A stretch of 31,340 nucleotides of DNA, taken from positions 1-31,340 of IMG/VR virus record IMGVR_UViG_3300031519_000136; one strand, 5' to 3'. The stretch comes from a virus (Duplodnaviria > Caudoviricetes). Shown in pieces: positions 1-8,298 of the stretch (its first letter is position 1; each line of letters starts with the position of its first letter). Under the pieces are notes generated by a model that ran no database searches, was not told the DNA's origin, and saw only the letters and a list, made by a program, of their open reading frames with translations. Position numbers and translations under genes: made by a program.

Positions 1-930
1 ATAATCTTCGGGTAAATCACTTAAGTTCCTTTTTGCATAACCAAATTCCATTTCACTTTTAGCACTACCTTTACCAGTTTTAGCTTTTTCATTTAATGGA
101 GTTCTTTCCATCCAAAAAATAGGCTTACCTTTAAAGTTTATAAATCTATGCTCTTCTTCTTTATCAATATATTCTGAAAATGTATCAAAGATCTTTTCAT
201 CTACATCTTCCATTAAATCCGGCTTATTAATAATCTGAATACCTTTTCCGCTATGACCTTCTGCAGGTTTTGCAATAATAGGAAATTCTAATTGTTCTAA
301 TGCATCATTCTTAGAATATACCGTCTTAGGTATATTTTCATCTTCTCCAACCAGTTTATGGAATTCTTCCTTAGATCCAGATTTTGATATATGGTCTGGG
401 TGATTATAAACATTTTCTTTTTTAATCTTACCAGCCTTTATTAGTTTATTAACTGTATCTGAATGATATGTTAAAACTGGATAGTCTGGATTAATATCAA
501 TGTCATTCATATTGTTTTCATGAACTTGTGTAAAAAACTTATTCCCAGCAAAACCTTTATAAGTCCACCATCTTTGTCCACTATCTTCTCTTAGTGCTAA
601 ATAAACTTTACCTAAACCATCTTCAGTATCAACAGATTCTTTTAATAAATCATCCCTACCTAATTGCTTGTATACTTCCTTTCTGGTTTTCTCCATCTTT
701 TCAGCATACTTAGGATCACTCTTTCTATTAAAAACTATTTGCTGTGTTAAAGAACCGCTAATTCTTTTAACATCTTTCTTTCTAGTTTTAATTAACCATG
801 CGGCTAAATCCTTTATAGAAAGATCTTTAAATCTACCTTCGGCATCTGGTGCATCTGAATCATGCCAATCCGGTGCACCCGCAGGCTTCTTTTCATTTAT
901 AAATTGTTCAAATAATTTTAAGTACTTCAA
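1..930 (-). CDS. ATP-grasp (RimK-like) ligase with N-terminal capsid-targeting-like leader; 3' end runs off the window
   Basis: Not in the ORF track. Manually translated from TTG at 930, open for 310 codons to position 1: MKYLKLFEQFINEKKPAG...NIPKTV...LEFPIIAKPAEGHSGKGIQII...FSEYIDKEEEHRF. FPIIAKP-x-x-G-x-x-G-x-GI and the EYI...E-x-R segment are ATP-grasp hallmarks. Confidence 0.8.
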   Translation of the reverse strand, partial: MKYLKLFEQFINEKKPAGAPDWHDSDAPDAEGRFKDLSIKDLAAWLIKTRKKDVKRISGSLTQQIVFNRKSDPKYAEKMEKTRKEVYKQLGRDDLLKESVDTEDGLGKVYLALREDSGQRWWTYKGFAGNKFFTQVHENNMNDIDINPDYPVLTYHSDTVNKLIKAGKIKKENVYNHPDHISKSGSKEEFHKLVGEDENIPKTVYSKNDALEQLEFPIIAKPAEGHSGKGIQIINKPDLMEDVDEKIFDTFSEYIDKEEEHRFINFKGKPIFWMERTPLNEKAKTGKGSAKSEMEFGYAKRNLSDLPEDY

Positions 931-946
931 AACAAATTTTATTTTG

Positions 947-957
947 TTTATATATTC
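947..957 (-). promoter_or_regulatory. Putative late promoter GAATATATAAA
   Basis: The same motif precedes the tail tube, sheath, TerS, holin-like and internal head genes; here it lies 16 nt upstream of the TTG at 930. Confidence 0.65.
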
Positions 958-1841
958 CTAAAGATTGCATCAGATATCCATTGATGTAGAAGATCATCAT
1001 GAGATTGAGGTTTAAAATTAGAATCGCTTTTACTTTTAATTATTTCTTCTTCTAATTGATTTAAACCATCTAGTGATTTACCGTTTGGATCAATTAAGAA
1101 TTCTCTCATAACTGGAAATGACTGAGGATTAAATGATTTTTCTAACATTTCACTTGCAAGATCAAAATGTCTTTCATATAAATGTAATGAATGAGCAATA
1201 TGAGTATAAGTACCTAATTCTAATTCAGGGTAATATTTCCTTAAATGTTCTAACATTTGAATCTGTAATAAACAAAAGAATGCAACATCAGTAGGAGTAC
1301 CTAATATAAGATCATTAGATCTCATATCAATAGTAAAGTTTAATTTATTATTTCTTATTTGAAATATACCATTAAGAGTACAAACAAAATCTTTATTTCC
1401 ATTCCATTGATGAGAAGGTTTATTAAAATGTATAATTGCTTGCCTTGAATCTTTATCTTGAATTAAAGAATCTAATGCCCAACGATACTGATTTCTACCA
1501 TCCTCTAATTCTTCAGTAAAGATAAGATTACCATAAGCAGAGTTAACCGAACCGTCTTTGTTTTTAATCTGATCCCAGAATTTTGCATAAGGGGTGATAA
1601 AGTCAGCATCCTTTCGCCCAGTAAAATACCATACCAACTCAGCTGCAATGTATTTAAATTGACTACTCCTACGTGAATTCTCATACAGACATTGTATAGG
1701 ATTATCAATAACAAGAGCTGCATTAGATATCTCATTAATCTTCATGCCTCTCGGAGAAGATGTGTATTGAGGATTATGAATAATGCTACCTAGTGCATAA
1801 TCGTATGCTTGTGCGAATGTTTCTCCTTTAAATACTCTCAT
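948..1841 (-). CDS. Thymidylate synthase family enzyme, dCMP hydroxymethylase (T4 gp42)-like
   Basis: Motifs VNSAYG, DSRQA, DFVCT (catalytic Cys), MRSNDLILGTPTD and HSLHLYERHF. Asp, not Asn, occupies the base-specificity position, as in T4 gp42 (DFMCT...MRSNDVVFGFRND). Confidence 0.8.
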   Translation of the reverse strand: MRVFKGETFAQAYDYALGSIIHNPQYTSSPRGMKINEISNAALVIDNPIQCLYENSRRSSQFKYIAAELVWYFTGRKDADFITPYAKFWDQIKNKDGSVNSAYGNLIFTEELEDGRNQYRWALDSLIQDKDSRQAIIHFNKPSHQWNGNKDFVCTLNGIFQIRNNKLNFTIDMRSNDLILGTPTDVAFFCLLQIQMLEHLRKYYPELELGTYTHIAHSLHLYERHFDLASEMLEKSFNPQSFPVMREFLIDPNGKSLDGLNQLEEEIIKSKSDSNFKPQSHDDLLHQWISDAIFRNI

Positions 1842-2007
1842 TTCTTTTTTTCTCTCTAACGGTTTTTAATGCTAATTCTATTCTCTCTATGAATTCCATG
1901 CGCTCAAATTTCATATCAGACTTATATAATCGTCTGCTTTCAGCTAATACATCTTCTCTAATGCCTTCATAGTATGCTTCATATAATAAATCTTCAATTT
2001 TACACAT
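1828..2007 (-). CDS. Small hypothetical protein (59 aa), likely paralog of 7141..7326
   Basis: Manual translation MCKIEDLLYEAYYEGIREDVLAESRRLYKSDMKFERMEFIERIELALKTVREKKRNESI; fills the gap and overlaps both neighbours. Confidence 0.7.
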   Translation of the reverse strand: MCKIEDLLYEAYYEGIREDVLAESRRLYKSDMKFERMEFIERIELALKTVREKKRNESI

Positions 2008-2599
2008 TCTTAAATAAATTTAATTGTGGAGAAAGCCCGCTTATGGAATTCTCGTGCATTAAAAAATCTATAATGATATTAGATACTTCTTCGGCACTCA
2101 TAGTACCTATATTAAGCAAAAGTTTATTTTTAATTTTACTTTTACGATGGGCTCTATTAAAACCATCAATCTCTGCTTTCACTTCTTCTTCATTACCATA
2201 AAAAGATAATCCATCGTCTCTTTTTAAAATAGTTTGTGGATCATTTGATAGTGTAATTAGGTATAGTTCTTGTCTTAATTGATTAACATACTTTTTTTCA
2301 ATATCAAAAATATAATCTCCAGAATATTCTCTGTAAAGAGGCGCATAAACCGATTCACCTAAATGAGAGCGGTTAAAGATAAAATTAATATCTTTATCTT
2401 TAGACATAACCATAAGCTGAAACATATCATCATACATTTTTTGTGAATATGAAATATGCCTTTCCTTATTATCTTTAAAAGGTAATGATGAATAATGCAA
2501 TTTATGAAATACTAAATTATTGATCTTTTCAATAATTAAATTTTGTTGTGTATCTTTGCCTGTGTTATCAGTACCTTCTATAATAATAAATTTGCTCAT
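2000..2599 (-). CDS. dNMP kinase (thymidylate kinase-like)
   Basis: P-loop IIIEGTDNTGKDT; FNRSHLGESVY matches the DR-x-x-x-S-x-x-VY motif of dTMP-kinase-like enzymes. Confidence 0.8.
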   Translation of the reverse strand: MSKFIIIEGTDNTGKDTQQNLIIEKINNLVFHKLHYSSLPFKDNKERHISYSQKMYDDMFQLMVMSKDKDINFIFNRSHLGESVYAPLYREYSGDYIFDIEKKYVNQLRQELYLITLSNDPQTILKRDDGLSFYGNEEEVKAEIDGFNRAHRKSKIKNKLLLNIGTMSAEEVSNIIIDFLMHENSISGLSPQLNLFKNV

Positions 2600-2605
2600 T
2601 GTTTT

Positions 2606-2637
2606 ATTTTTATATAGTTAAAAGTTAGAATTGTTTA
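2606..2637 (-). promoter_or_regulatory. Putative bipartite (middle-type) promoter AAAC-N18-TATAAAAAT
   Basis: One of six aligned copies upstream of replication and nucleotide metabolism genes. Confidence 0.6.
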
Positions 2638-3097
2638 TTTCAATATCAAAGTCTGTAAAATTTTCAAAGTCTAAAGCATCAGCAGTCATTCTTCGATCTA
2701 TTGAATCACCAGGCATCTTTCTTGCTACTAATCTATTTCTCCTTATTTTTTCTGGAACATTTAGATATATGATAGTACATTCTTTTCTATCAATCGGATC
2801 AATATGACTTATACCTTTTGGTGTCATAATAAAAAGGTTACATGTTGTAGTGAATTGGGTTTGGCTAGTGCCATAATACCAACCATTGAATTCTATACAC
2901 TCATACCAATAACCTTGGTTGATCTTAGTCTTAAACATGTCATCAGTCAAAAAGAAATAATCTTCGCCATCAATTTCACCTTTTCTAGGTGGCCGAGTGG
3001 TGTATGAAATGCCATACTTAAACCCTCGGCCACTAAGAATCTTTCTCATGTGATCTTTTCCAGCAGCAGCCTTTCCTACTAAAATAACTTTATTCAT
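2618..3097 (-). CDS. gmk: Guanylate kinase
   Basis: P-loop GKAAAGKD; GMP-binding signature SYTTRPPRKGEIDGEDYFF; WYYGT. Confidence 0.9.
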   Translation of the reverse strand: MNKVILVGKAAAGKDHMRKILSGRGFKYGISYTTRPPRKGEIDGEDYFFLTDDMFKTKINQGYWYECIEFNGWYYGTSQTQFTTTCNLFIMTPKGISHIDPIDRKECTIIYLNVPEKIRRNRLVARKMPGDSIDRRMTADALDFENFTDFDIEINNSNF

Positions 3098-3207
3098 TTT
3101 TTATAAATATTAATGTCAGGAATTGCAGAGCTCACTGCTCCTATTAAAACTAGTACACCAAAGAAATGCCAAAAAGAACTAAATGTAAATTCTAAGAATC
3201 CCATCAT
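3094..3207 (-). CDS. Small single-TM membrane protein (37 aa)
   Basis: Manual translation MMGFLEFTFSSFWHFFGVLVLIGAVSSAIPDINIYKK; ATGA start/stop overlaps with both flanking genes. Confidence 0.65.
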   Translation of the reverse strand: MMGFLEFTFSSFWHFFGVLVLIGAVSSAIPDINIYKK

Positions 3208-3440
3208 ACCACAGCTTTTTCCTGATCATTAATTTCAAATGCTGTAGCTAACATTTCTAAACAATCCTCAGCCTCTGCTAGAGATTTTGTTTGTTCAACC
3301 ATTTCATCAACAATTTGTGGATGTTCGCCAATACCAACAGGATTGGTTAGGTATACTGTTAGTGTTGCTATTGCTTTTGTTTTCTGTGCTACAAATTGTG
3401 CTTTAAGCGCTTCATATAACGCGTTTGTGTTAGTTGCCAT
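3204..3440 (-). CDS. Hypothetical helical-hairpin phage protein (PVGIGEHP motif)
   Basis: 78 aa ORF in operon context; two predicted helices flanking NPVGIGEHP. Confidence 0.7.
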   Translation of the reverse strand: MATNTNALYEALKAQFVAQKTKAIATLTVYLTNPVGIGEHPQIVDEMVEQTKSLAEAEDCLEMLATAFEINDQEKAVV

Positions 3441-3450
3441 AATTTATTAT

Positions 3451-3678
3451 TTAATTAATTAAAAGTTGTGTGTGATCGTAATTGTTTTTAATTTGTTCAT
3501 TAAAGAATTTTCCTTGAGATTCAGCTTTACATAAATTGTCATAAACATCTTGCTCTACATTATTGTATTCATAAAGAGCACCAGAGTTAAATTCAATCTT
3601 TAAAGACTTGTTAGGAAAATTGTAAATAACTTTGTTTATCATTAAAGAATTTACTGAAGAGTTTTGTTCTATCATCAT
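3451..3678 (-). CDS. KTSC domain protein
   Basis: VNS..I..V.Y....LKIEFNSGALYEYNNV...YDNL..AESQGKFFNEQIK fits the KTSC pattern. Confidence 0.85.
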   Translation of the reverse strand: MMIEQNSSVNSLMINKVIYNFPNKSLKIEFNSGALYEYNNVEQDVYDNLCKAESQGKFFNEQIKNNYDHTQLLIN

Positions 3679-3830
3679 TTTTTTAATTTTAAAATATTAT
3701 AAAGATCTTTTGCTTGTTTAATAGTCAATCGCTTGGTTTTTGCAATCCATTCCCATGCGTTTTGCTCGCTATCAGTCTCACAAGCAAATGCATTGGATCC
3801 ATTTTTTGTAACAAATTTATATTTGCCCAT
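3675..3830 (-). CDS. Small hypothetical protein (51 aa)
   Basis: Manual translation MGKYKFVTKNGSNAFACETDSEQNAWEWIAKTKRLTIKQAKDLYNILKLKK; directly follows a promoter motif and has an ATGA overlap with the KTSC gene. Confidence 0.7.
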   Translation of the reverse strand: MGKYKFVTKNGSNAFACETDSEQNAWEWIAKTKRLTIKQAKDLYNILKLKK

Positions 3831-3840
3831 AATACTGTTT

Positions 3841-3871
3841 ATTTTTATATTGACTTTTCTTAAAAAGTTTA
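3841..3871 (-). promoter_or_regulatory. Putative bipartite promoter TAAAC-N17-TATAAAAAT
   Basis: Minus strand TAAACTTTTTAAGAAAAGTCAATATAAAAAT. Confidence 0.6.
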
Positions 3872-3873
3872 CT

Positions 3874-5217
3874 TTATTTTATTGCTTTTTTTAGAGTTTC
3901 CAAATCAGAAAGATACATATCTTTAGGATTGGTTCCTTCTATGATTTTCTTTTCCTTTTTCTTATCGGCTTCTTGTTTTAATAATTCGCTAAACCTTTCA
4001 TTTGTTAAAGAATAGATAGGCATGTTTAAAAGATAGTTATATGAACCATCAATCTTATCAAACTTATTTGCTTCTAAATAAATTATAATGGATTTCTTAG
4101 GTGCATTGTTTACGGTAAGTTTACCAACGATAATATCTTTTATGAATCTTGCTTTATTTGAAATGATAAGTAATTCTCTTTCTAATTTTGCAATGAGATA
4201 AGCCTTTCTTGTATCATACCATTTTAATCTTACACCTACAAAGTGATTAACTATTTCTTCTACTTTATTAAAAATTTTAAGTTTACCGTTTTCATCTATT
4301 GTTGTAAGATTTTCGGTTTCTTGTGTATTAATTTTTAATAAAGCTTCTAATTTATTTCTGCTTATATAATCTTTAAGAATAGCTCTCTGAAACTTAAGTA
4401 CGTATTCTACTTGCCCTGATGAATTATCATCGTAACCTGAGATTATTCTTTTTTCAGTTAAGTTATTTAAATGTTCTTCATATCTTTCATATGTAAACCC
4501 TGGTGGAATTTCAGTTACTTTTACTGTTGTTGTGTTTAGCACCTCATATAAGCCGCTTATCTTCCATGTTTTAGGATTAACCGTATCTCTAGTAAAAGTG
4601 CCACTAAACTCCTTTAACCAAGGCGCTAAGGTAGGCATTCTTTTACCTTTAAGAACTGAGATACATGCATTAACAACATCTTTAGGATTTCTATTTAAAA
4701 TATTTGTAGCAAAACCTACAGCGATACCAGATGATCCATTTAAAATAACAGTAGGAATAATAGGTAAGAAATATTCAGGTTCTATTTTTTCACCTTCTTC
4801 TATTTTATTTTCTAATAATTCAAAATCTTTATAAAGTAATCTAAAGTTAGGATGTAACTTACCACTAATGTAACGAGGGGCACCGGCAGATGGGGATCTT
4901 AGCGAACCGAACTGACCTATACCATCTAAAAGAGGTAAAGAATTTTTAAATCCTTGTGCCATACCTACCATAGAAGATTCCAAAGAAGTGTTACCGTGAT
5001 GGTAATAAGCCTCGGCTGCTACCCTACCAGCAAGTTGAAAAAGTTTCATAGGTTTTTCATTACCACTTTTCCAAATTTTATTTGCAATATAAACTACCTT
5101 TCTTTGTGTAGGCTTTAATCCATCTATACAACTGGGTATAGCTCTATTCTCCACAACATACTTAGCATACTCAAGATATTCCTTATCAAAAAAATCTGTT
5201 ACTGTTCTTTTATTCAT
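3874..5217 (-). CDS. gp52: DNA topoisomerase II medium subunit (GyrA/ParC-like, T4 gp52)
   Basis: RAIPSCIDGLKPTQRK, YHHG, catalytic APRY, LNGSSGIAVGFAT. Confidence 0.95.
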   Translation of the reverse strand: MNKRTVTDFFDKEYLEYAKYVVENRAIPSCIDGLKPTQRKVVYIANKIWKSGNEKPMKLFQLAGRVAAEAYYHHGNTSLESSMVGMAQGFKNSLPLLDGIGQFGSLRSPSAGAPRYISGKLHPNFRLLYKDFELLENKIEEGEKIEPEYFLPIIPTVILNGSSGIAVGFATNILNRNPKDVVNACISVLKGKRMPTLAPWLKEFSGTFTRDTVNPKTWKISGLYEVLNTTTVKVTEIPPGFTYERYEEHLNNLTEKRIISGYDDNSSGQVEYVLKFQRAILKDYISRNKLEALLKINTQETENLTTIDENGKLKIFNKVEEIVNHFVGVRLKWYDTRKAYLIAKLERELLIISNKARFIKDIIVGKLTVNNAPKKSIIIYLEANKFDKIDGSYNYLLNMPIYSLTNERFSELLKQEADKKKEKKIIEGTNPKDMYLSDLETLKKAIK

Positions 5218-5219
5218 AT

Positions 5220-7097
5220 TTAAAATAATGATTTATCGCTCGTCTTATAAATTAGATCCACACCTAAAATCTTTTTCTTTCTTGGTTCAGAATCTTTGGA
5301 GAACCATGTATTTAAAGTATTATCGAAATCCTTGTCTTTAGTTAATGTAAACGTTTTAGGATTACTAATAATTTCTTGGTACTCTTCATTTTCTAATGCA
5401 GCAAGCCCTTTCTTATATTCAATTGACCATGATGATAAAGATCTTTGTTTAGATTCCCATTCTTTATAATCATCATCAGAATAAAAACTTAATGTCTCTT
5501 TACCCTTTTTGGCAACCATTAAAGGGGTCTCTACCTTTAACACTCTACCTTGCTCAAATAATTCTGGCCAGTATTTACCTAAGAAATTAATTAATAATGC
5601 AGAGATAGAATTACCATCTACATCAGCATCGGTATACAATAATATTTTTCCGTATCTTAAATCTTTAGGCTCATGTCCTATTTTTAAACCTAATGCAGCC
5701 ATAAGAGATTGCACTTCTTTGTTTTGTACAACCTTAGATGGTATAGATTCTCTTACATTTACAAATTTACCCCTAAGTGGAAACGCGCCTTGCATATTAG
5801 GATTTCTATATTGCCTAAATGCAGATGATGCAGAGTCGCCTTCAAAAACTGCAAGAGTACAGTTACTTCTATCACCTCTCTTTTTTGCATCTATTAGCTT
5901 TACAACTTTCTTCTTATCTAAACCTTTATTTAGTTTCCTAAGTTTAGATCTTTCTTCAGCATCTTTCTTTTGCTTAATCCAATCTAATACTGATTGAATA
6001 ATTTCAGAATTTAAAACTTGCTTTAATGTTTTATCTGAAAGTAAATGAATACTACCAAAGTCTTTAGGATCAGTAATAAGTTTTTCTTTTGTTTGAGATG
6101 AAAATGCTGGATTAATGATTGTACAATTTATAAAAAGATATAAGTGATTTTTTAATTCAGATGGTTTTACGTCTACTCTATGCTTTCTTTTAATCTTATC
6201 TCTAAGAAATTGTGTAATTTGCCAAGTAATGTTATCTACATGCTTACCACCATCTTTTGTTTCAACTGAATTAACAAATGATATAGCTTTAAATCCTGAT
6301 GTAGAATGACCTATGCCTATTTGCCAATTTTCTGATTGTTCATAAAAAACTGGTGTTGTATATAATTCAGAGTATTCTTTAAATGATTTAAAAGTAATAG
6401 GATCATCATTTAGCCAGATTTTTAATTTAGGATTACATGCAGCAATATCATAAAGTCTTTTTTCAATCATTTGAATTGATGCCTTATCAATCTTAGTCAT
6501 ACCGAATCTTTTAAAATCGGCAATGTAAGAAATTTCGGTAAATCCTTTCTTTTGGGGTTTTATGGCAGGTTTTGTTTTCTTTGCCATATTATTTGAAAAA
6601 GTTTGAGTAAATCTTTTATTTTTATCACAAGTATCAATTGTAAATTCTTTACTGAAGATATTAGTTAATGTACTTCCTACACCATTTGTTCCTACGACTG
6701 TTCTTTGTTCAGTATCATCAAAATTACTCCCTGTTTTTAAATTACTGAAAACCATTTCAGGTATCCATTCATTATACTCTTTATGAATTTTAACAGGAAT
6801 TCCACCATTATCCCAGATTGATATTTTATTTGTATTAATATCAATGTTTACTTTTACTTGATTAAGTTTAGTGTTTCTTTTATGTTCATCAACTGAGTTA
6901 GATACGATTTCATCAAAGAGTTTTAAGAAACCTGGATTATAAGTAATTTCCTTTGGTACTAATTTCCAACTTCTTCTATCTAGTAAATAAACTTCTTCAG
7001 TATGTGGCTTAACAGAACCAATATACATACCTGGTCTAAGCAATACATGTTCTGTGTCTGTAAGTTTCTGATATTTCTTTTCAATGCTTACGGCCAT
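5220..7097 (-). CDS. gp39: DNA topoisomerase II large subunit (ATPase + TOPRIM, gp39+60 equivalent)
   Basis: EHVLLRPGMYIGS, EIVSNSVDE, DNGGIP, GTNGVGS, EGDSA, PLRGK, DADVDG, YKKGLA. Confidence 0.95.
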   Translation of the reverse strand: MAVSIEKKYQKLTDTEHVLLRPGMYIGSVKPHTEEVYLLDRRSWKLVPKEITYNPGFLKLFDEIVSNSVDEHKRNTKLNQVKVNIDINTNKISIWDNGGIPVKIHKEYNEWIPEMVFSNLKTGSNFDDTEQRTVVGTNGVGSTLTNIFSKEFTIDTCDKNKRFTQTFSNNMAKKTKPAIKPQKKGFTEISYIADFKRFGMTKIDKASIQMIEKRLYDIAACNPKLKIWLNDDPITFKSFKEYSELYTTPVFYEQSENWQIGIGHSTSGFKAISFVNSVETKDGGKHVDNITWQITQFLRDKIKRKHRVDVKPSELKNHLYLFINCTIINPAFSSQTKEKLITDPKDFGSIHLLSDKTLKQVLNSEIIQSVLDWIKQKKDAEERSKLRKLNKGLDKKKVVKLIDAKKRGDRSNCTLAVFEGDSASSAFRQYRNPNMQGAFPLRGKFVNVRESIPSKVVQNKEVQSLMAALGLKIGHEPKDLRYGKILLYTDADVDGNSISALLINFLGKYWPELFEQGRVLKVETPLMVAKKGKETLSFYSDDDYKEWESKQRSLSSWSIEYKKGLAALENEEYQEIISNPKTFTLTKDKDFDNTLNTWFSKDSEPRKKKILGVDLIYKTSDKSLF

Positions 7098-7108
7098 TCT
7101 TTAATTTT

Positions 7109-7139
7109 ATTTTTATATTGATAAATTTATAAAGGTTTA
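7109..7139 (-). promoter_or_regulatory. Putative bipartite promoter TAAAC-N17-TATAAAAAT
   Basis: Minus strand TAAACCTTTATAAATTTATCAATATAAAAAT upstream of the topoisomerase. Confidence 0.6.
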
Positions 7140-7140
7140 A

Positions 7141-7326
7141 TTATTTGACCCATTCATTATATCCGTGTGTGTATGCATCAATAGGATCCATCTCTGGGGA
7201 TTCACATAAAAGGTTTTCTGCATACTGCTTTACTTCAGCTCTCAAGCCATAGGCACTTGCCTCTGTTAGAATTTCCTCAATATGTTCATCTTCAGTTATC
7301 ATTCGATACGGTGTTAGTTCTTTCAT
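7141..7326 (-). CDS. Small hypothetical protein (61 aa)
   Basis: ORF track; tightly packed with neighbours; shares IE[ED][IL]LxEAxxxG[LI]Rx[ED]V with 1828..2007. Confidence 0.7.
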   Translation of the reverse strand: MKELTPYRMITEDEHIEEILTEASAYGLRAEVKQYAENLLCESPEMDPIDAYTHGYNEWVK

Positions 7327-7327
7327 A

Positions 7328-7561
7328 TTATTTATGTAATGTTACAAATTCCCCAAAGTGTTTATCGAAAATTTCTAACAGGTTATCGTAATCCCCACCC
7401 ATCATTTCTGTGGTGAGTTCACCTCGTTCATCAGGCTGATAGTGAAGTTGCCTTGCTAATTTTTGAGCCAGTCCAATTAATGAAAATGCATTACCGTCTG
7501 GTCCATTTAAGTCTACATGGATCATTTCAGACCCAGTCATTGGTTTTGTTGTTATTGCCAT
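7328..7561 (-). CDS. Hypothetical phage protein (GPDGNAF motif)
   Basis: 77 aa; L.GPDGNAF...G.A....GDYDNLL resembles a common small phage protein family of unknown function. Confidence 0.75.
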   Translation of the reverse strand: MAITTKPMTGSEMIHVDLNGPDGNAFSLIGLAQKLARQLHYQPDERGELTTEMMGGDYDNLLEIFDKHFGEFVTLHK

Positions 7562-7857
7562 TATCTACTTTTTAAAGATTCAATTTTTGCTGTCCCTGTG
7601 TTAATCATTCTAAATACTCGATTCCACTTACCTTCATCGGCAACCCATTCAATGTCATGTGATTTATGTTTCATTTGCCAATTTGATAAAGCAAACCCAC
7701 CACCCGAGATTTTAAAATCACCTTCTGGATTTTTCTTAAATTTAAGGTAATGTATATTGTCACACATACTACTTACAGTTTTGATAATTACCTCTCTTGC
7801 ATTTTCCTTTACAGTTAGCCTTGGAGGGTTTTGAACTAGATCTTGATATTTAGACAT
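7561..7857 (-). CDS. Hypothetical protein (98 aa), putative early gene
   Basis: ORF track; preceded by a host-type promoter motif. Confidence 0.7.
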   Translation of the reverse strand: MSKYQDLVQNPPRLTVKENAREVIIKTVSSMCDNIHYLKFKKNPEGDFKISGGGFALSNWQMKHKSHDIEWVADEGKWNRVFRMINTGTAKIESLKSR

Positions 7858-7881
7858 ATTCTGTTTGTTTTAATTATATTA

Positions 7882-7913
7882 TAAATATAATACATACTTA
7901 AAGAATCTGAAAG
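7882..7913 (-). promoter_or_regulatory. Putative early, Bacteroidota-like promoter CTTTCAGA-N15-TTATATTTA
   Basis: A second copy with identical spacing lies at 25086..25117; resembles the -33 TTTG / -7 TAnnTTTG consensus. Confidence 0.5.
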
Positions 7914-7921
7914 ATTATTTT

Positions 7922-8209
7922 CTAGATATTTAAAATTTCTGTTTGTTCTTTTCTCTTGTGTTGAATTTGTTCCCATTCATATCTTTCATAAATAGTATAA
8001 TAATATTTCCACCCACAATCATCATCATAGATATCATCTTGAATTACGATTATGCTATAACCTAGTATTTCTTGTAATTGTATAAGATCAGCAGGTTTCC
8101 AATAACCAAATCTAAAGTAGTTATAATTACCAGCACCTGATATTCTACCAATTTCAAATTGGCCTAAATGCTCTTCGATCTTTTTAAGTGTTGAGATGTC
8201 TATTTTCAT
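7922..8209 (-). CDS. Hypothetical protein (95 aa), putative early gene
   Basis: ORF track; leader similar to that of 7561..7857 (TATATTTA...ATAATTAAAA-CAA..ATG). Confidence 0.7.
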   Translation of the reverse strand: MKIDISTLKKIEEHLGQFEIGRISGAGNYNYFRFGYWKPADLIQLQEILGYSIIVIQDDIYDDDCGWKYYYTIYERYEWEQIQHKRKEQTEILNI

Positions 8210-8298
8210 ATCTTGTTTTAATTATTATAATTAAATATAAACAAAATAATTGGGAATTAAAAAAATAAAATGATCTTTTTTCTAAAAGTTATTAACAT

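Noticed and set aside
948-1841. Annotation as canonical thymidylate synthase thyA
   Set aside because: It lacks the PFN asparagine and the LPPC context; the motifs are closer to dCMP hydroxymethylase.
3874-7097. T4 gene 60-style split or translational bypass, or an intron/intein in topoisomerase
   Set aside because: The ATPase and TOPRIM motifs lie in one continuous 625 aa ORF of normal size.
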